Shown here: piece after piece, positions 1-14,545 of the stretch | How the letters are laid out: every line of letters starts with the position of its first letter | Position numbering within the stretch: position 1 is the stretch's first letter | Source: Marsupella aquatica | Taxonomy: Eukaryota; Plantae; Marchantiophyta | Reading direction: 5' to 3' | Length of the DNA stretch: 64,000 nucleotides | NCBI GenBank assembly: GCA_973895155.1 | Contig: OZ316893.1 | Location: forward strand, 8,805,839 to 8,869,838 | Notes under the pieces: model-generated | Told to the model about the DNA's origin: nothing | The model's database searches: none | The model's input: only the letters and a program-made list of their open reading frames with translations | Program-made: the position numbers and the translations under genes

Positions 1-3000
1 TATTATGGATCACAGTGACAATGGACAAAACGCCCAACCTAACGCCCAACCTGGAGACAGGGTCCCAATGGCAAATCAACCCAACAAAGAAGAAGAAGGG
101 AAGAAGGGAAGAAGAAGGGGAAGGGACTCAAGAAGACCAAAGAGGTACAACAAGCCGTGCAATCCCCCACAACAACAAAGGAACAAAGACAAAACAAAAA
201 CAGGCCGGGCGTATTCCTTGAGTGGTGGGCCGATCCAGTGTGACGGTTGCTCCAGTTTAGGGTTTAGGGTTTCGATTCTCGAGGAGGAGCTGGAGCAGAT
301 TGCATTGCAATCCACGACTTAGTATACGGCATAAACTGGTCTAGTTCGAACTCTGGAGCAGACAGTTACTGTATCTGAGGCATATCTGAGGCATGGCATT
401 GAAACAGCCATGTCATTGAATCCAGCATAGTATTCGGTTAGATTTTCCTCAAGTTGCAGTCTGCCCTGCCCTGCCTAATCTCTATGTAGATATGCAGCCG
501 GAAATAATGTCCAACGTACCTTCTAGGTGAACTGACCAAGCATGCCTGATCATTTGCCAATTGTCTGGAGATACTGCGCATGTAGAGCAGGTCTATGGTG
601 ATAATCAGTACATGCGAAATCTCCATCGTCGTCATTGTACAATCCTACCTGCCATTCTGAATCCTTGGTATCATGGGGTTTCGATATTGGAGAGCCGCAT
701 GAGCTCTCAATCTTTCATTGATATCTTTTAAGATTTCAATCGCTTTAGCCAGGCTGTACCTATCAGGATCTACTATCTGACGAACGTATGTAGACCCATT
801 GCTCAAATCAACTGTTCAACTGGATCCTTCATCAAGTCCTTCCATCATTCACGCCGAAACCATATACACGATCCATTCGAAGTTTTCAAGTTAGTAGACT
901 TTTGCGCACTACCATACTACTTTATGACAGTAACGCAGGGAGAAAGTTCGATTCGAAATAATGATCAACCACATCTGCGCTGCTGACCCGTGAGGCCGCT
1001 TTTTCCTTTTTGTGGAGCAGGACACGAGATCTAGAGTACTGCCAGAATCCAGCACATGGTAGGCTAAAAGGTCTACTCACAGTTAGCCTCGTCGTCCAAA
1101 ACCTATTTCACGGATCCGGCTGGCCGAATTGAGGGAGGACTACAAGATCGTATGAGATTCTAAATCAATCAATACTGTCCCGAAACGAAGGTAGCTAGCA
1201 GTTGAGCGGCTCAAAGCGGATGTGGCAATCATACGTATCAACCCTGGAGCTTGCAGATTGGAAGGATTCATCACTGTTCGTCAAACGCGAGCATCTAAGC
1301 TAGAGTTGATCTTCTGAATGAGTCAGTGTACTTCATTATCCAGGACAGGAACATGGAGTACAGGACCCAACTTCGAGGTCTAGCTAGAGGTACCGGATCA
1401 TACGTAAGCAACTGAGTTGCAACGAGAAAGATGACCATGACGACCTGATTACTCCAACGACAGGCACCTACATATCATGGACAGCAAGAGAGAAGGGGAA
1501 GAGGAGCAAACGAAATATCTAAATCATTCACAGGTGTATGGTCTCCTTCACTTCTGAGTAAAACTTCCTGTTCGATACAAAACAGAAAAATCTATAAATC
1601 AATCATGATCACCTGTCTTGATAAGTGAGTAAGCTACAGCAGCTTCTGTAACCACTCAGAATCTCTCGATTAGATTACTCCTGCACATTGCACACTCAGC
1701 TATTCTCGAAGAGTGTCTGCATGCCATCTGATGAGCTGTCTATACCGAGCTTCAGTCTAGTACTAGTTACGCGTAGGTACAGGAAGGGCACTCGCAGTCC
1801 CTGTCTGTCTGTCGGAGGGTCAGTCAGTCACGGGCGCACCATCCGATGGTACCTGTAGTGTTTGTCGACGAAGGATGCAATTGCGTCGATCTGAACAAAG
1901 GCGTTTCGAAACAAGATGTCCGTTCCCGAGCCTCAACTCGCATTCAGCACGAACGCCCTAGCCTCGATCCGTGTACAACTCTGCAGCAGCAGCAGCAGCT
2001 GCCATCCAATCGATCGAGCGATCATCCTATCGGCTGCCAAATCAATTACAGGCATTGTGTGAGTGAATGAGGAAAGTACGTTGATCTCTCTCTATATATA
2101 GCCTTGAAGTCCAGTACCACGTTGGCAATGGAGGAGAAAGGAGCTAGGGCTTCGTCAACTGATGCCGCATCCATCGATTTTCGGAAAGAATCGCCCACAA
2201 AGGAAGGATTCATTGAGCGGGCGAGTTCTCCAACAACGGAACGATGCACAAGTCCAGGGTACAGTGGGTACAATTATACAGTTAGATCTTGTACTATGCC
2301 CGTATACTCGCCCGCCGACTCCTCCTCCACCTGCACTCAGCAGCTAGCAAGTTTCCCACTAGGCAGAGATCACTGTATCACCTGTATGGCACCTGGAATT
2401 GAGAGCTGTAGACATTACCTCTGACCACGGTGTCGAGCAGAAGCTATTTGAAAGATTCACGGCTAACTTAGTTTCTCTTTGAAAGGAAATTTGCTTCTCC
2501 AGAGAAACCCCCAAAATGATGTTCCTATGGACTAAGCATAGAACCCGCAGACGTGACACCTTTTACACGACTCCTTGACACCCTTCTAGATCAGCAAAAA
2601 GTTTGACCTTCAGATTATCTTCTTCATATCCCACAGAATAATGTCTTCTTGGGGTAGTTAGAAGCCACCTTGGGGTAGTTAGAAGCCACTTGGAAAGATC
2701 TTTCCCACCAGTGGAATATCGCTAGACAGTTTTGACTTCAATGGTCATTTTACTCAAAGACAAAACCCAGATGAAAACATTTTCCATGGGGCTGCACACA
2801 GTAACACACATTCGGAGGTCCGTGACCAAAGACAATAATAATAACACGTTGCCCAAGAACAAAAAACAGGACGACATGATCGATAAACCGGGGAGACCAA
2901 AGAGTCTACCAAATATCAGGTAGCTAACGTGTCACGCTATATATATTGTCATGCTATGTTCTTGTCCTCTAAGCACACTAATAATGATCACATTATTCCC

Positions 3001-6000
3001 AATTTTCCTACTTACAATACAGGGTTAGGGAACACACATTCAAGACGGATCATGAATCTCATGGAAAGACTTTCCATGGGCTGCTCATGCGTCCTCGAGC
3101 ATTCGTTTTTTCATTTTTGATATTCGTGGACCTTGCCCTTTGCATGGGAGACATGGCCCCTCTGAATCGGCACATAATTTTGGCTGCTTCCCCACGTGTA
3201 CCACCTGAGGAATTCGAGGACTCTGGGCTCAAGGAGGATTCATGATTTGGAGCTAGGCGGGTTTGGAGGTATGAAGAAGTCCAGAATTTCCTCGAAGAGG
3301 TCAAAAATTATTACTTGCAGATGAAGTAATCTACAGTTTAGGACTCCTTATTCATGTGGATTGTTGGGGGTTGGAATATATCTACTGTAGTAAGCCCTGG
3401 CCCAAAGGATTTCTCAAGGGGAGGTGTCTATATTTGTCGTTCAAGGAATGTAACATCTGAAAGGAATTTGGGCATGAATGACATCATGTTTTTGTCCCTT
3501 CTCGCGAGTGACTTGAAAAGTGCGTTGGATTTGGTTGATCTCCTTGTTTTTCTACTCTTGTTGTTGAATGTCCTTGTTTTCCATCAGAGTCATCATGCTG
3601 GTAATGATTCTCAGATTGGAATCCACATCGGATGGTTGTTTTTACTTTGGTACACATTTGACAGAGAACTCAGATGGACGGTCTATGCAACCGAAATGGA
3701 AAGTCCCAAAAGTGTCACGTTTATTGAAATATTGCTTTTCCTTTGTATTATGAATGCTCATTCTTTTGATATCAAAAGTTGTTTAGTCCATCATCAAGAC
3801 ATGGTGGTCCATCTAGGCATTAGTTTAGTATTACTTTTACTTCACTGTGCCCGATGAAATTATTTCTTATGGTTCACATGAAAAGCCTGTATGAAAAGTT
3901 GTGGGCAAAAATGGTCATTCAGATATATTATGGTTCACTGTAAGAAAATTTATGTTCCACCCAAAGCAAAATCAGGTTTAAACGGATTGGTTTATTCACT
4001 CAGCTCAGGTGCCAAAAGGCCAGAATCTTTACCCCACTAGTCTACTCTTAGTTGGGAAACTGTTCACTCGTAGAAAATTCATTGAGGGGCACACACAAAA
4101 CAGAAAATAATCAACAGAAACTTTAATTATGTTTATGGGATTGAGGGTGTTGTAAGAATTCAAATTTCTATTATATTCAAATTCCTGCTAGATGCGAAGC
4201 TGAAACCAAAAACCAATGAAGAGAAAAATGAACACAACAAATTTAAGGGCTCTACTGTAAGCTAGGCAAAAGTAGGCCAGCAACAACAGGCAGCTTGGTA
4301 CATTTGCAATCTAACTATACTACACCTGACACTATACTCATCCAACTGTTATAAGTGAAGCGGGAATTTAACAAGACATAGCATTTACAGGGGTGGTCGA
4401 GGGGTAATCAACACACAAATGGGGGTAAGTGGGGAAAACATCAGCCGCTTGATTAATGAGAGTTTTTGGACTCTATGCTGTGGGGATCAATCAAAGGGAT
4501 TCATATACAAGCCAAAACACCAAAAACTGTCCTGCAGGCCCAAGGCGAGTTTAGGATCGTTGTCTAATCTCCCGTGCTGACTCCAGGCCAATATTGTTGC
4601 TCATCCTGCCCATGGTTGTTGCCCATTCGTACTGCCATGGATGAGCCACAGATAGCTAATTATCAACTTGACTTCCAAAAGCCATTCATTCCAGCCAACC
4701 TTGATTGCTTAAGAAGGTGCAGATGGGGTGTGGCAAGGGGAGTGTATCACAACTGGAGCACTTCATTCGACCAGAGAGTTATGCCCAACCCAAGTCTAAT
4801 GCCCCACGTACAGCCAAGATTATAATTATAAATGATCTTCATATAAATTATTAATTGTCACACTCTTTACATGACTGTTATTCTAGCAAGGGGCGCAGTT
4901 TTGGGGGGAAACAACTATTCCAGGGGCGAAAGTTTTTAGGGCCACTCCTAAGACGTATCCATTATGATGTCTCTTTGTGATCACCGTCTTTTGTGCTAGG
5001 TTCCATCAAGAATCTGTTTTGTATGAGACAAGCTACCTTTCGCATTTTTGGGAGGATGGGCAGAAACTTTTTGTTTTGGGCAGATAGATTCCATGTTGAG
5101 TAATATCAAGCTTTTTACTTTTATCTCATGAAGATCTGGGAGGGTTCCTCACTTTTTAGGGTTCATCTACAGGAGGCATAAAATCATTACTGGACCCCAT
5201 TTGGGTTCCCTTCATTCCATGATTTTTACCTCTTGACCTGGTCCATCTCCAGGCCCGTCTCCAGGCCAGTCTCCAGGCTGACCTAGGTGAGTTTATACAA
5301 TTTATGCACTTTAGTAAGACAGCTGATTTGGGCGATGTTGCAGCATGCTCAAGCTAACCAATCCATTGCACTCTGGCATGGATTATTCTTGGATACACAA
5401 CTAGTCAGTATAACTAAGGCATGAAAGATACCCCCTTGACTGATGGAACACAAACATAAATTAGGAGTAAAAGACACAAAATTAGGTATTGACACGCAAC
5501 CAAATCCATATATTCTGATAAAATACCCAGACAACATATAATGTAAAGACAACCTAACTCTGAAATTTCTGTTTAGCTTCACCCTCCCTAGGATAACTTG
5601 CCACTTCCTATGCTCACTATTCTATATGAGCTCTCTAGGTCCCGCTCTAGGTACTTCTATACTTCAAACTCCACAGTACTCTATCTACACTCCTGTCTAC
5701 ATTTATTTAGCACAACTTAATGTCTAACCATCCTCTTGTCTCAAGGGTGTTCCGGGTCTAGTGGTTCCTGCTCCTGGAACCAGCTTCACATGGTCATCGT
5801 AACATCACCCAAAAATGAAAATGCTTGGAATCCACTGATCCATGGGACCTAGTTTGGAAAGTCTGCACTGCAAGCTCTTGCACCCGGCCATATACAGGTG
5901 CAACAAGCTTATCAAACAGACCATAGAGATTCAAATATGCTCTCTGGCTCAAGTTTGCAACAATCATGGCCCAAATCATGGTTTGAGACCTCCAATGGGA

Positions 6001-6192
6001 CAGGTATGGACCTTCAGTTTTGATTATCCTGGTTCTCCCCTCTATGCATGGACACTCCAACCCCCATTTCTTTATGCCAAGTGCATGACTGTATGAACTC
6101 ATGAACTATTGTCTAGCCCCAAGCTAGCCTCAAATGCCCATAATCTCTATATTACAACGTACTGCTCAATTTTTTCATGGTTGTTACATAGT

Positions 6193-6562
6193 TGTCAGGC
6201 ATTTTATTAGTCTTAGGTCTAGATTTAATTAATTGCTATGTAACTACAGTTAGTCTAATCGTAGTCTGAAGGTGCTTGGCTAAGGTCAGATCTGTTAGTA
6301 GTATATACACTAGCAGTACTTAGTGGGGGGAACATAGGGTCATTGTTACAAAGCCAATTGAGAGATTGGGACAGCTTAGTCAGTGGAGACTTGATATGAC
6401 TTAGAGTTCACTAATTAAAGCTCTCTTGTGTTTATGCATGGACGTAGCCTTTGGTGAGGAGAACCACATTTCTCTTGTATCAACTACTTGTGTCTGTGTC
6501 TGTGTCTGTTGAATGTTGCACTTGTGCATGCAGTCTTTTGAGTACTGGTCATTTACTCAACA
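6193..6562 (+). mobile_element. Solo LTR of a Ty1/copia-type retrotransposon
   Basis: Ends TG...CTCAACA with near-identical 5-bp flanks (ATAGT / ATATT). Contains the copia-LTR-like motif GGACGTAGCC...GAACCAC...CTCTTGT. Shares blocks (CATTGnTACAnAGCCA, TGGAGACTTG, CTTAGAGTTCACT..TAAAGCTCT) with the LTR at 9193-9551. Confidence 0.6.
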
Positions 6563-9192
6563 ATATTTGGAAACAAGACAGTTGCTAACTCTTTCCAATT
6601 AAATAATGAACACCTCAAATGACCATTAATTTGAGTTTGGCTGTAAACTTTCATCCAGGCTAGGACGGCTATATTCTGGATCCACTTTTAAGAGGTGGAG
6701 GCTCCTGCTAGCTCTAACTTCTTCTCTTTTAATCATGGCTCCATGTGGAGGCTCTTGGTTCAATTCTTTCTTGTTTCTCCTGGTCCTACGCACCTATCTC
6801 CTGGTTCGTTTTATACAACAAGAGTTGTTGTTGGGTCCTTGTTGTCAATACATAAAATAACCAAAACAAAAGTTGCCAAAGTGAATTTGTTGCCAAAGCG
6901 GGAGTGTTGTCAAATTAAGCAAAGGTAAGTGTTGTCAAAGTGGGAGTGTTATGTACAGGCCGAATGTCATTAATTAAAGTTGCAAAAGTTCAGTGTATTT
7001 TGTGAAGAAAATGGCCAAACAAAAGTTTTCACCCTGGTTAATTTATACAGGGAACAGGATAGCCAAAGAGAAGTTTTCATTGTCATTACATTTAACCTTG
7101 CTACTTGTTGATGCAGCAAGTGATGAAAGCAAAATTCTTTGTGCAGGAAAGATAATCCACGTTATCTAACTAAGGCAAGGGCAAGTAGTTGACGCAAAAG
7201 ATTGCAAGGGGAAGAAAGGGATGGAAAGCACAACCAGGTAGGGACAATAGGGGCAAGAGTTGAAGCAACAGCCAGAGCAACACAATTCAAGGACAGGTTG
7301 GCAATTGCATGTGCTTCCAGAAATTTTCACAAACCCCCTTCCCCACCTTTTTCCATTTACTCCTTTCTTTTCCTTCCCTCCTATCCACCCGCTCTTTTTT
7401 TCCTTTATGAGGCAAAGAGCTAGAAAATTCAAAAGAGTTACTAAGAAGAAATTAAAAGAAAAGAGGAATCAATCCTTAGCCCTCTTTTTTGTCCTCCTAC
7501 CCCATTGAATGGAATAACTAGAAAACCAAAAAAACTTCCCACCTCCCCACAAACAAAGCAAAAAACAAATGTCCCTCCACCCCAAAACTCCCCCTATCCT
7601 CCTCCAGAAATTTTAAAAACAAAAACATTTTGACACTTCTTCCTGTCCTCACAAATGGCACAGTACCGGCCTCCCACACACCTAGATACCTACGATTCCT
7701 GTGTATTTCATTGTATTGTGCCATCTGTATCCCACTCCTCTTAGTTTTTATTCTCTCTTCCCAGGGCAGCTCCATTTGCCCCCTAGCCCCCTCCCGCTCC
7801 TCTTCCACGTGAGACTTGCTCTCTCCTCCCCATGGCCCCTCTCCTCCCCCAAACTTTTCTCCTTTCTCATTGTGCACAATGATTTGCCTTCCACAGCCCT
7901 GGTGCCTCGTCGACCCCCTCTTCCTTGAGGGTGTCCCACTGCGCTGGTGATGACCGCCCTCCAGGCATGCCTTCCTTCCATCCTTCCAATATTAAACAAC
8001 CTGGAAAAATGAGTAGAAAATGCAGATGGCTAAACACCTGTCTGCCTTTTCCATTTTGTAAATAGACCATAGGACAGCAAAAGGCAGGTTTGTTCATTGC
8101 AGTCGTTAGAGACAAGGCGAAAGAACAATTTAAAGGGTTGAGGAACCTTATAATACATGAAAAAGAAAGATTAAATGGGGTGGGGAAAGTAGTAATCAAT
8201 TCTAAAGAATAAAATTGAAGGAAACACCTTGTCTAAGGAAAATAATAATAATATTAATAAATCGAGCAGTGTAATGTGCAATCCCGCCAAAGCTCCTTCT
8301 TCTTGTGCTTTCAAACTTGACAGGAGAGAACTAAATTCAGTAATCATTCTCCTCTGTTTTTTTTTTGGTCTTTGGTGGATTGTCTGCATTGGGGTGTTCA
8401 AGGAGGGTCATTGTCTTGGGCTATGTACAGTAAGGTCTTAGTAAATAAGTATTTGTGTAAATTGTAGTTGTTCTTGTTATTGAAGTACAAAACTGTGATG
8501 GTACAGCTGGTACACCTTATCTTGTTTTACCTCACATAGGTGGGAGGTTTATGCCCTTGGGAAGAGAATGTGTATGTGGATTTGTCAATTGTACTTTTTA
8601 TTTTGTTTTTCCTTCACTATATTCCACAGTCTTTTTTTATAGTGCTGGAGGCATGGGGATGGAGTTGTTTTTGGTATTCATTTGGTTTTGGGTCAAATTC
8701 ACGGGGCCAAGGTGAATCCTTTCCCACCCTTTCCCACCTGTACTGTTTTTCTTTAGAGGTGAGGTGAACTTTTCTCTTTCAGTCTGTGGGTGGGTGCCAG
8801 GGTGCATGGGGGCCAAGGTGCATGGGGTCCAATTCTTGTGGCCAGGTGATTCAACTTTCCAATGCTTTTTTTGGGCCCTCATTGAAAATAGATTTAATTT
8901 CTTTGTGGCTCATTTCATTTTCTTTCCATTGCCCAACACATTCTTAATTTGTTTGCATGGAGTTTTTTTCTTTGCTTAATTTTTAAGCCTTGAGTCCACG
9001 GGATTGATGTTCTTTGCAGCCTATTGGTACCAGACATTTTTCCACCCATAGTCTTTTGTATCAACCTAAACATTCCACATTGACAATACCTTGCACCAAA
9101 TTGAGGTGGCCATTTTCTTTCCTCAAGGGGGGGACTTGGGGTCACAATAAAAAGGGGGAAATGTTCTGGGAGGGGTGGTAGGGGATAGAGGA

Positions 9193-9564
9193 TGTTGAGC
9201 ATAGATGACATTTACAATGATAAGCATGTGACACATCCAACGCACAAGTGATCAACACAAGAGATACGTGGTTCACCTCCTCGAGGCTACATCCACGGGA
9301 ACACACAAAGAGCTTTACTGAGTGAACTCTAAGCCCGTCGGCCATATATACCAAGTCTCCATAGTGTAAGCTCTTCTTATCTCTCAAGTGCAGTGGCTCT
9401 GTATCAATGAGCCTTAGTTCCACTTGTCCTAGCAAGCACTGCTTAGGATATAGTGTGCAACTTAGTTAACCTAAACACGTCTCCGACTGTAGTTAGCCTA
9501 ACTACAATTACATGTCATAACCCTAAACATACGTAAGAGTAAATTCCAACAATCTCCCCCTTGA
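9193..9564 (-). mobile_element. 3' LTR plus polypurine tract of a copia-type retrotransposon, same family as 6193-6562
   Basis: The minus strand reads TCAAGGGGGAGAT (PPT, 9564-9552), then TGTTGG (9551) ... GGATGTAGCC...GGTGAACCACGTATCTCTTGTG ... CTCAACA (9193). The LTR has TGTTG/CAACA inverted ends. Confidence 0.65.
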
Positions 9565-12500
9565 CTCTGGTCTAGGAGAGGGTAATACTGCTAACCTATA
9601 TGATTCCTCAGCATGAAATTTTGGACAAAAAACAAACCGGTTCCCCTCTCTAACTAAAGCAAACAGCCGTAACCTAATACATAGGAATCAGGAAAGTGTG
9701 ATTGTTCACATTTGTTGCTTGTTTGGTCAGTGTGTTCACAACACTTCCTTCCCTCAATCAGTCTTGCACCTGAATGGCATATCCTTGCATCAAGGGCAAA
9801 TAAAATCATGTCTCATCAACTTCCTTGTCTCGCCTGTGCTTCTTAGACTTGCCCCAGAATTTTATGTGCAACATATGGGTATTGCAGGGGCATCAGGCTA
9901 GTAACAAATAATACAATAGAGCTAAAGAGGCCTCAACCATATTAATAACACAACTCACCCATGATAGCTTGGTTATAGACCTCCATGAGAAGTAACTTGC
10001 AAAATTCTGGCAACACATGGGACCACATAAGCAGTTAAGTTTCCATTTCAAACATGAAAGATCATGTTTGTAGCAAGAAACAAAACACATTGACATGTCA
10101 ATGTTTTAACAAGTTACTCTTTCCATTAGATCTGATTGATGAATGCATGTGATCTATTATTTGCCAGCAAAGAGTACAGATGACAAATGATGTTGCACAA
10201 CAATCATGGAGCATGCTATCGAATTTAATTTTTAGATTGACAAAGAGATCAGATGTTGATGATTAACACTGGCGGTGTGTACTTTAAACCAACTATATTT
10301 CAGGAGTTTTGATAATTATTTAATGTTGTTTCTATCATGAACTACAAGCCCGAATGGAATGGTAGGTTGTCTATGAAGCCCCCATGGACAAACCAAACTT
10401 GGATGGACTTGACTCAAACACACATATATGCTTGGATATTATGTTTTACACTTGTGTACAAAAATACCCTGTCAGATCATCACTTATGTCCAACTATCCA
10501 AAAGTACCATGTCAAAGCACCATGTCTATCCATTTTTTGTCCAAGGGTACCATGTACCATCATTGATTGCAAGCCTAGTTGTATTCTCTTAATATTCTAT
10601 TCCCTCAAACTAGTCACTTTAACCATTTTCTTAGAGGTCAATAAAAAACATAAAATATGTAAGGTATGTTTAGATATTTAACATAGGCCTTATCTGGCCT
10701 TTATGGTAAATAAACTTATGTGTAGACTAAGCTCTTCATAATTTACTCATAGCGCCTCAAGTAGTTTGTTCAATGAGCAAAAGTAAAATTAATTCATGTT
10801 TTTGAAGAATATTTTTATGTTTATAGTAGATCGCAAAACTCCCACAAAAGGGGGGAACAAGCACCACAATGACCCGTGAACCAATATAACAATTTTCACT
10901 AGGGAAGCAGGGGACAAATCTTGATTTTCATAGAGAATTGCTCTTGAGATGGAATACTAGTTTCCATAGAGTGTTGCCCTTGTGTTAAGGAGGGGTTTGA
11001 CTTATTTTGTTGCAGCAAAGCTACCTCAGATTTTAATCTAAGAGGGTATTGTTGAGAAATCTTACTTTTCAGACAGCGCTGCTTTTGTTACAATAAGCAC
11101 TTTGAGTACTTTGCCATCGCAAAGGTCTCAAAAATTTCAAATGCAGTACTAGCTGTACACCTAAGTTATTTCATTTCATGCATGTTTTCAGTTCACTTTT
11201 AGGTGCACAAAGTCTCTTAACCTAATTAAAATGTAGGTAAACAACTAATGAGAACATTTATTCCCTAGATTTTCTCATCATGAGATGTAAGATGCTCAGT
11301 TTATGTGTCACAGTCCATGGAAATGTTGGGAGACAACCTCCAGGTCCATCCGGGCTTTGGTTTCTTCTATCATGTTGGAGTAGGTCCTAATGGGTATCAA
11401 AATAAGTTTTTAGGAGTAGGTTGATTCTAAACCATTTGAAAACGAGTTTACACTGGGAATCAAGCATTATCATTAGTGTTTGTTACAATGCCAACAAAAT
11501 TAAATGGTTATACCTGGGGAATGTAATAAATTAAGAAATGTGAAAATTAAAATGCCAAATAACCAAGAGTGGAGGCCAAAAAGTAACTGCTTCTAACCAT
11601 TTTTTATAATAAATAATTTCCTTGTATCTAATTGATTTAATTAACAAACAACAATTACTAACTCTAGCCATTCAAGCTTATTGATCCATGCATTCAATCA
11701 ATCATCAGTTTGCTAATAAAAAGGATGGTGGACAATGGTGCACAAATTTCACAAGAAAAAGATACTTGTTGTACTAGGATTTCTTGGACCATTAGATGAG
11801 ATCAAATGTTATGTTGATTATAAACAGTGACAGAGTCCACTTTAAGCCAGCGTAGTCTAAGTCACTTGTTCTTTTAGGGTTTTCATGATATTGTTTCTGT
11901 GCTACTAGGGTTAATTAGCTTCCTAAGATGCATCAAAATAGTTTTATAGCCATAATTTTGTTGTCTCAAGCCTGTTTGGGCTGTGATTTCTTGTGCTGCT
12001 ACCTTGCTTTGGGACCTACTTTACTTACTTAAATAAATTCTTTAAAAAATGGATCTCCTAAAATATTTTGATGACCCACATCAAACCAATCAGATGAAAG
12101 AGATTGAAGGGAATTGAGAGAGATAGAATTGGGAACCAGGAAATATAGATGGAAGGTTAGAGTGGGCTAGAGAGGGAAAAGTTCAATTTGGGGTTAGAGT
12201 GGGCCAAGCCTATTTGTCAAGCTAATTCACGAGCTTGATTGTGAGTTCATCTCCCTGATGGTTGAAATGTTTGAATTGAAATGCCACCAGATGAGATGAA
12301 AACCGATGTAACAAGGTACAAAGGAAGTCTGCTCAGTTTACATCTGTGGTGAGACAAAGGGTGGTGCTTAAAGCAAACGTGGAAAACGACTCAACTACTC
12401 TTGTGGGAGAACACATATTAACTATTGGTTTCTTCACAAATTAACATTAAAGGATGGATCCACAAACTAAGTCTCCTGGTACCCTGGTTTTTGAATCTGA

Positions 12501-13431
12501 AGCTTGGATGGACCTCCACATTCTCTGTGAAGCTCAAACGAATCTGAAGCTGTAATGGACTTGCTCAAAACTTTGAAATTGACTCAGATAACATTATTTG
12601 TTTACACTTTTGACTCCAAATGATGTGACGTTTAAATGGTGTCCTTAGTATCTGTAGCTGGTTTCCATTACATTACCAAATGAGTCTCCTTGGTAGCTTA
12701 ACTACATGAGGACCTTGAACCTGAAAGACATCAAGACATCATGACATTACTCAGCAACACCATGAGCAACACCGGTTTTCACTGACCTACATGAGATTAT
12801 CATTCAGTGTTAAGTGAAATCAGGATTTTCAGTATTTGACCATTTTTGTGTTCATTGGAGAATGGAGTAAAGTATCTCCAAAGAAGTTTCCAACTTTGTC
12901 ATAAACTGGACATAAATTCTGGAAAAGTCCTTCCAATAAATTGACAAGTCTGCCAAATTCAAAGGTTCTATTGTAAAGAGTTGACGACTTTGACAACCTC
13001 GTCAAGTAAGTCAACAAGACGTAACACACATTTGAAAATGTGCTATGTACTCTCAAAAGTTTGTGACAACTTGACAATGTTTTTAAGTGACAAGCACAAG
13101 TCTTTGATATGGGAGCAAGGGAGTGCTGCAAATGTTTTTGATCACACCTTTTATCTCACTCATTTATTTTGCTTGCTTTCAATTGGGTTGAGATTGTAGC
13201 TTTAAGGTGAAGGAGTTCGGAGTTCCTGGCAACATTGCTCAGTCATTTGGACGACACTACATTGATCAAAGGGAATTTTCAAAAAAGGTGACTTTACGTC
13301 TTGACTACTTTCTCAACAGGGTTGTCAAGTCGACAACTACAATACGTGACCGGTTCCTTTTTCCTTTTGGTGTAAACTCACTGATCACTTCTATGCAGTC
13401 CATGGGGATGTGAAAGGGCAAAGTCTTGGTT

Positions 13432-13640
13432 CATCCTGGTTTCAGATTCCTGATTTTCCTTTCCAATGACATTCATTAAAGGGGGGGTCCACAAACTAAT
13501 TTCCTTCCATCCTGGCTTAAGATTCCTTATTTTCTTTTCCAATGACATTAAAGGGGGGTCCATCCTGGTTTTCCCTTTCCAATGACATTAAAGGAGAGGT
13601 CCACAAACTAATTTTCCCTTAGATACCCTTATTTTCCCAT
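13432..13640. repeat. Imperfect tandem repeat, about 3 copies
   Basis: Recurring CATCCTGG...TTTCCAATGACATT(CATT)AAAGGGGGGTCC(ACAAACTAATTT) units. Confidence 0.7.
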
Positions 13641-13670
13641 TATGGAAGCTCACCCAATGCTGCCTGTCCT

Positions 13671-14545
13671 TCATCGTCTTTCCAGAATCAGAGCTATGTC
13701 GATCCACCTTTCGATCCCTTCGTTCGGAATCTGCACCTCCATGGGCACGAAGCTGGCAGGTACAAGCATTCCAACTGCACCATCGTCGTCCGGCAGCAGC
13801 AAGAGGAGCAGTGTCCTGCTGCCTTCTCCAACCCGGTTTCGTGAGCCATCATCCAGGCCATCTCCAAGAAGAATTTGTTCCAATGCTGATTTAGGTGGGC
13901 TTCCTGGCACGGACAGTAGCGTGTTCCTGTAATTCTTGCTGATTTCAAGTGTTGGAATGTGAAATTTGTTCTCTTCGCGTAATTGCAGCGACGATTTGAG
14001 TTGGTCTGGAAGGAAAAACCAAGCCCGGCCATGGAGCTTCAGGTTCGCCACGTATTTAGGGATGATCACATCCACACCCTCTTTGTTGTCCCGAATTGTA
14101 ACAAATCGTTCACAGAGATTCTAGAAGACAATTTGGATTAGTGCAGAGGGTTGCAATGGTCCTCTGTGGGTGGAACCAGTCGTGTTTGAAGGTGGAACCA
14201 GTTGCCGAAAGATGAAATTTATCAATTCTTAATGGGTGGAGTAGGTCTTGGAACCCCGTTGTTTTCGTACAACAAAGGAAATCTTATTCTTTGAAATGCT
14301 TTTGCAGCAGTGAGGGCGAAGGCATCTTTGCAACCATCTGGCGGGGATCTAAGGACGTGTCGTAATTGCAAGAAACCATTCGATTCATTACAAAATCATC
14401 CAAGGGCCTGTCGATTTCATACTGCCCATTTTGGAGGTGAGTTGCCTTGAATCTATAAGTGCCGAAACATTTCAACTGGACCAGAGGTTGTAGAGATCGT
14501 CTGAATAAAACATAATCTGGATTGGTGGGTTTGATGTCCTGGTAG
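13671..14545 (-). pseudogene. Decayed coding-like region of unknown family
   Basis: ORFs 14284-14475 and 13671-14075 can be joined across in-frame stops and one frameshift into roughly 290 codons of protein-like text. No family motif recognised. Confidence 0.25.

Noticed and set aside
438-2560. Protein-like minus-strand fragments, possibly an LRR/Roco-type pseudogene
   Set aside because: Many stops and no diagnostic motif I could confirm, so no family can be supported.
5794-6102. Possible copia gag fragment
   Set aside because: Only a vague resemblance; no zinc knuckle or protease motif is visible.
6935-9035. Possible long LTR (PPT-like AAAGTGGGAG+TG at ~6947; PBS-like TGGTACCAGA at ~9025)
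   Set aside because: No second copy, TSD or clean CA end in the window. The short ORFs here are low-complexity artefacts.
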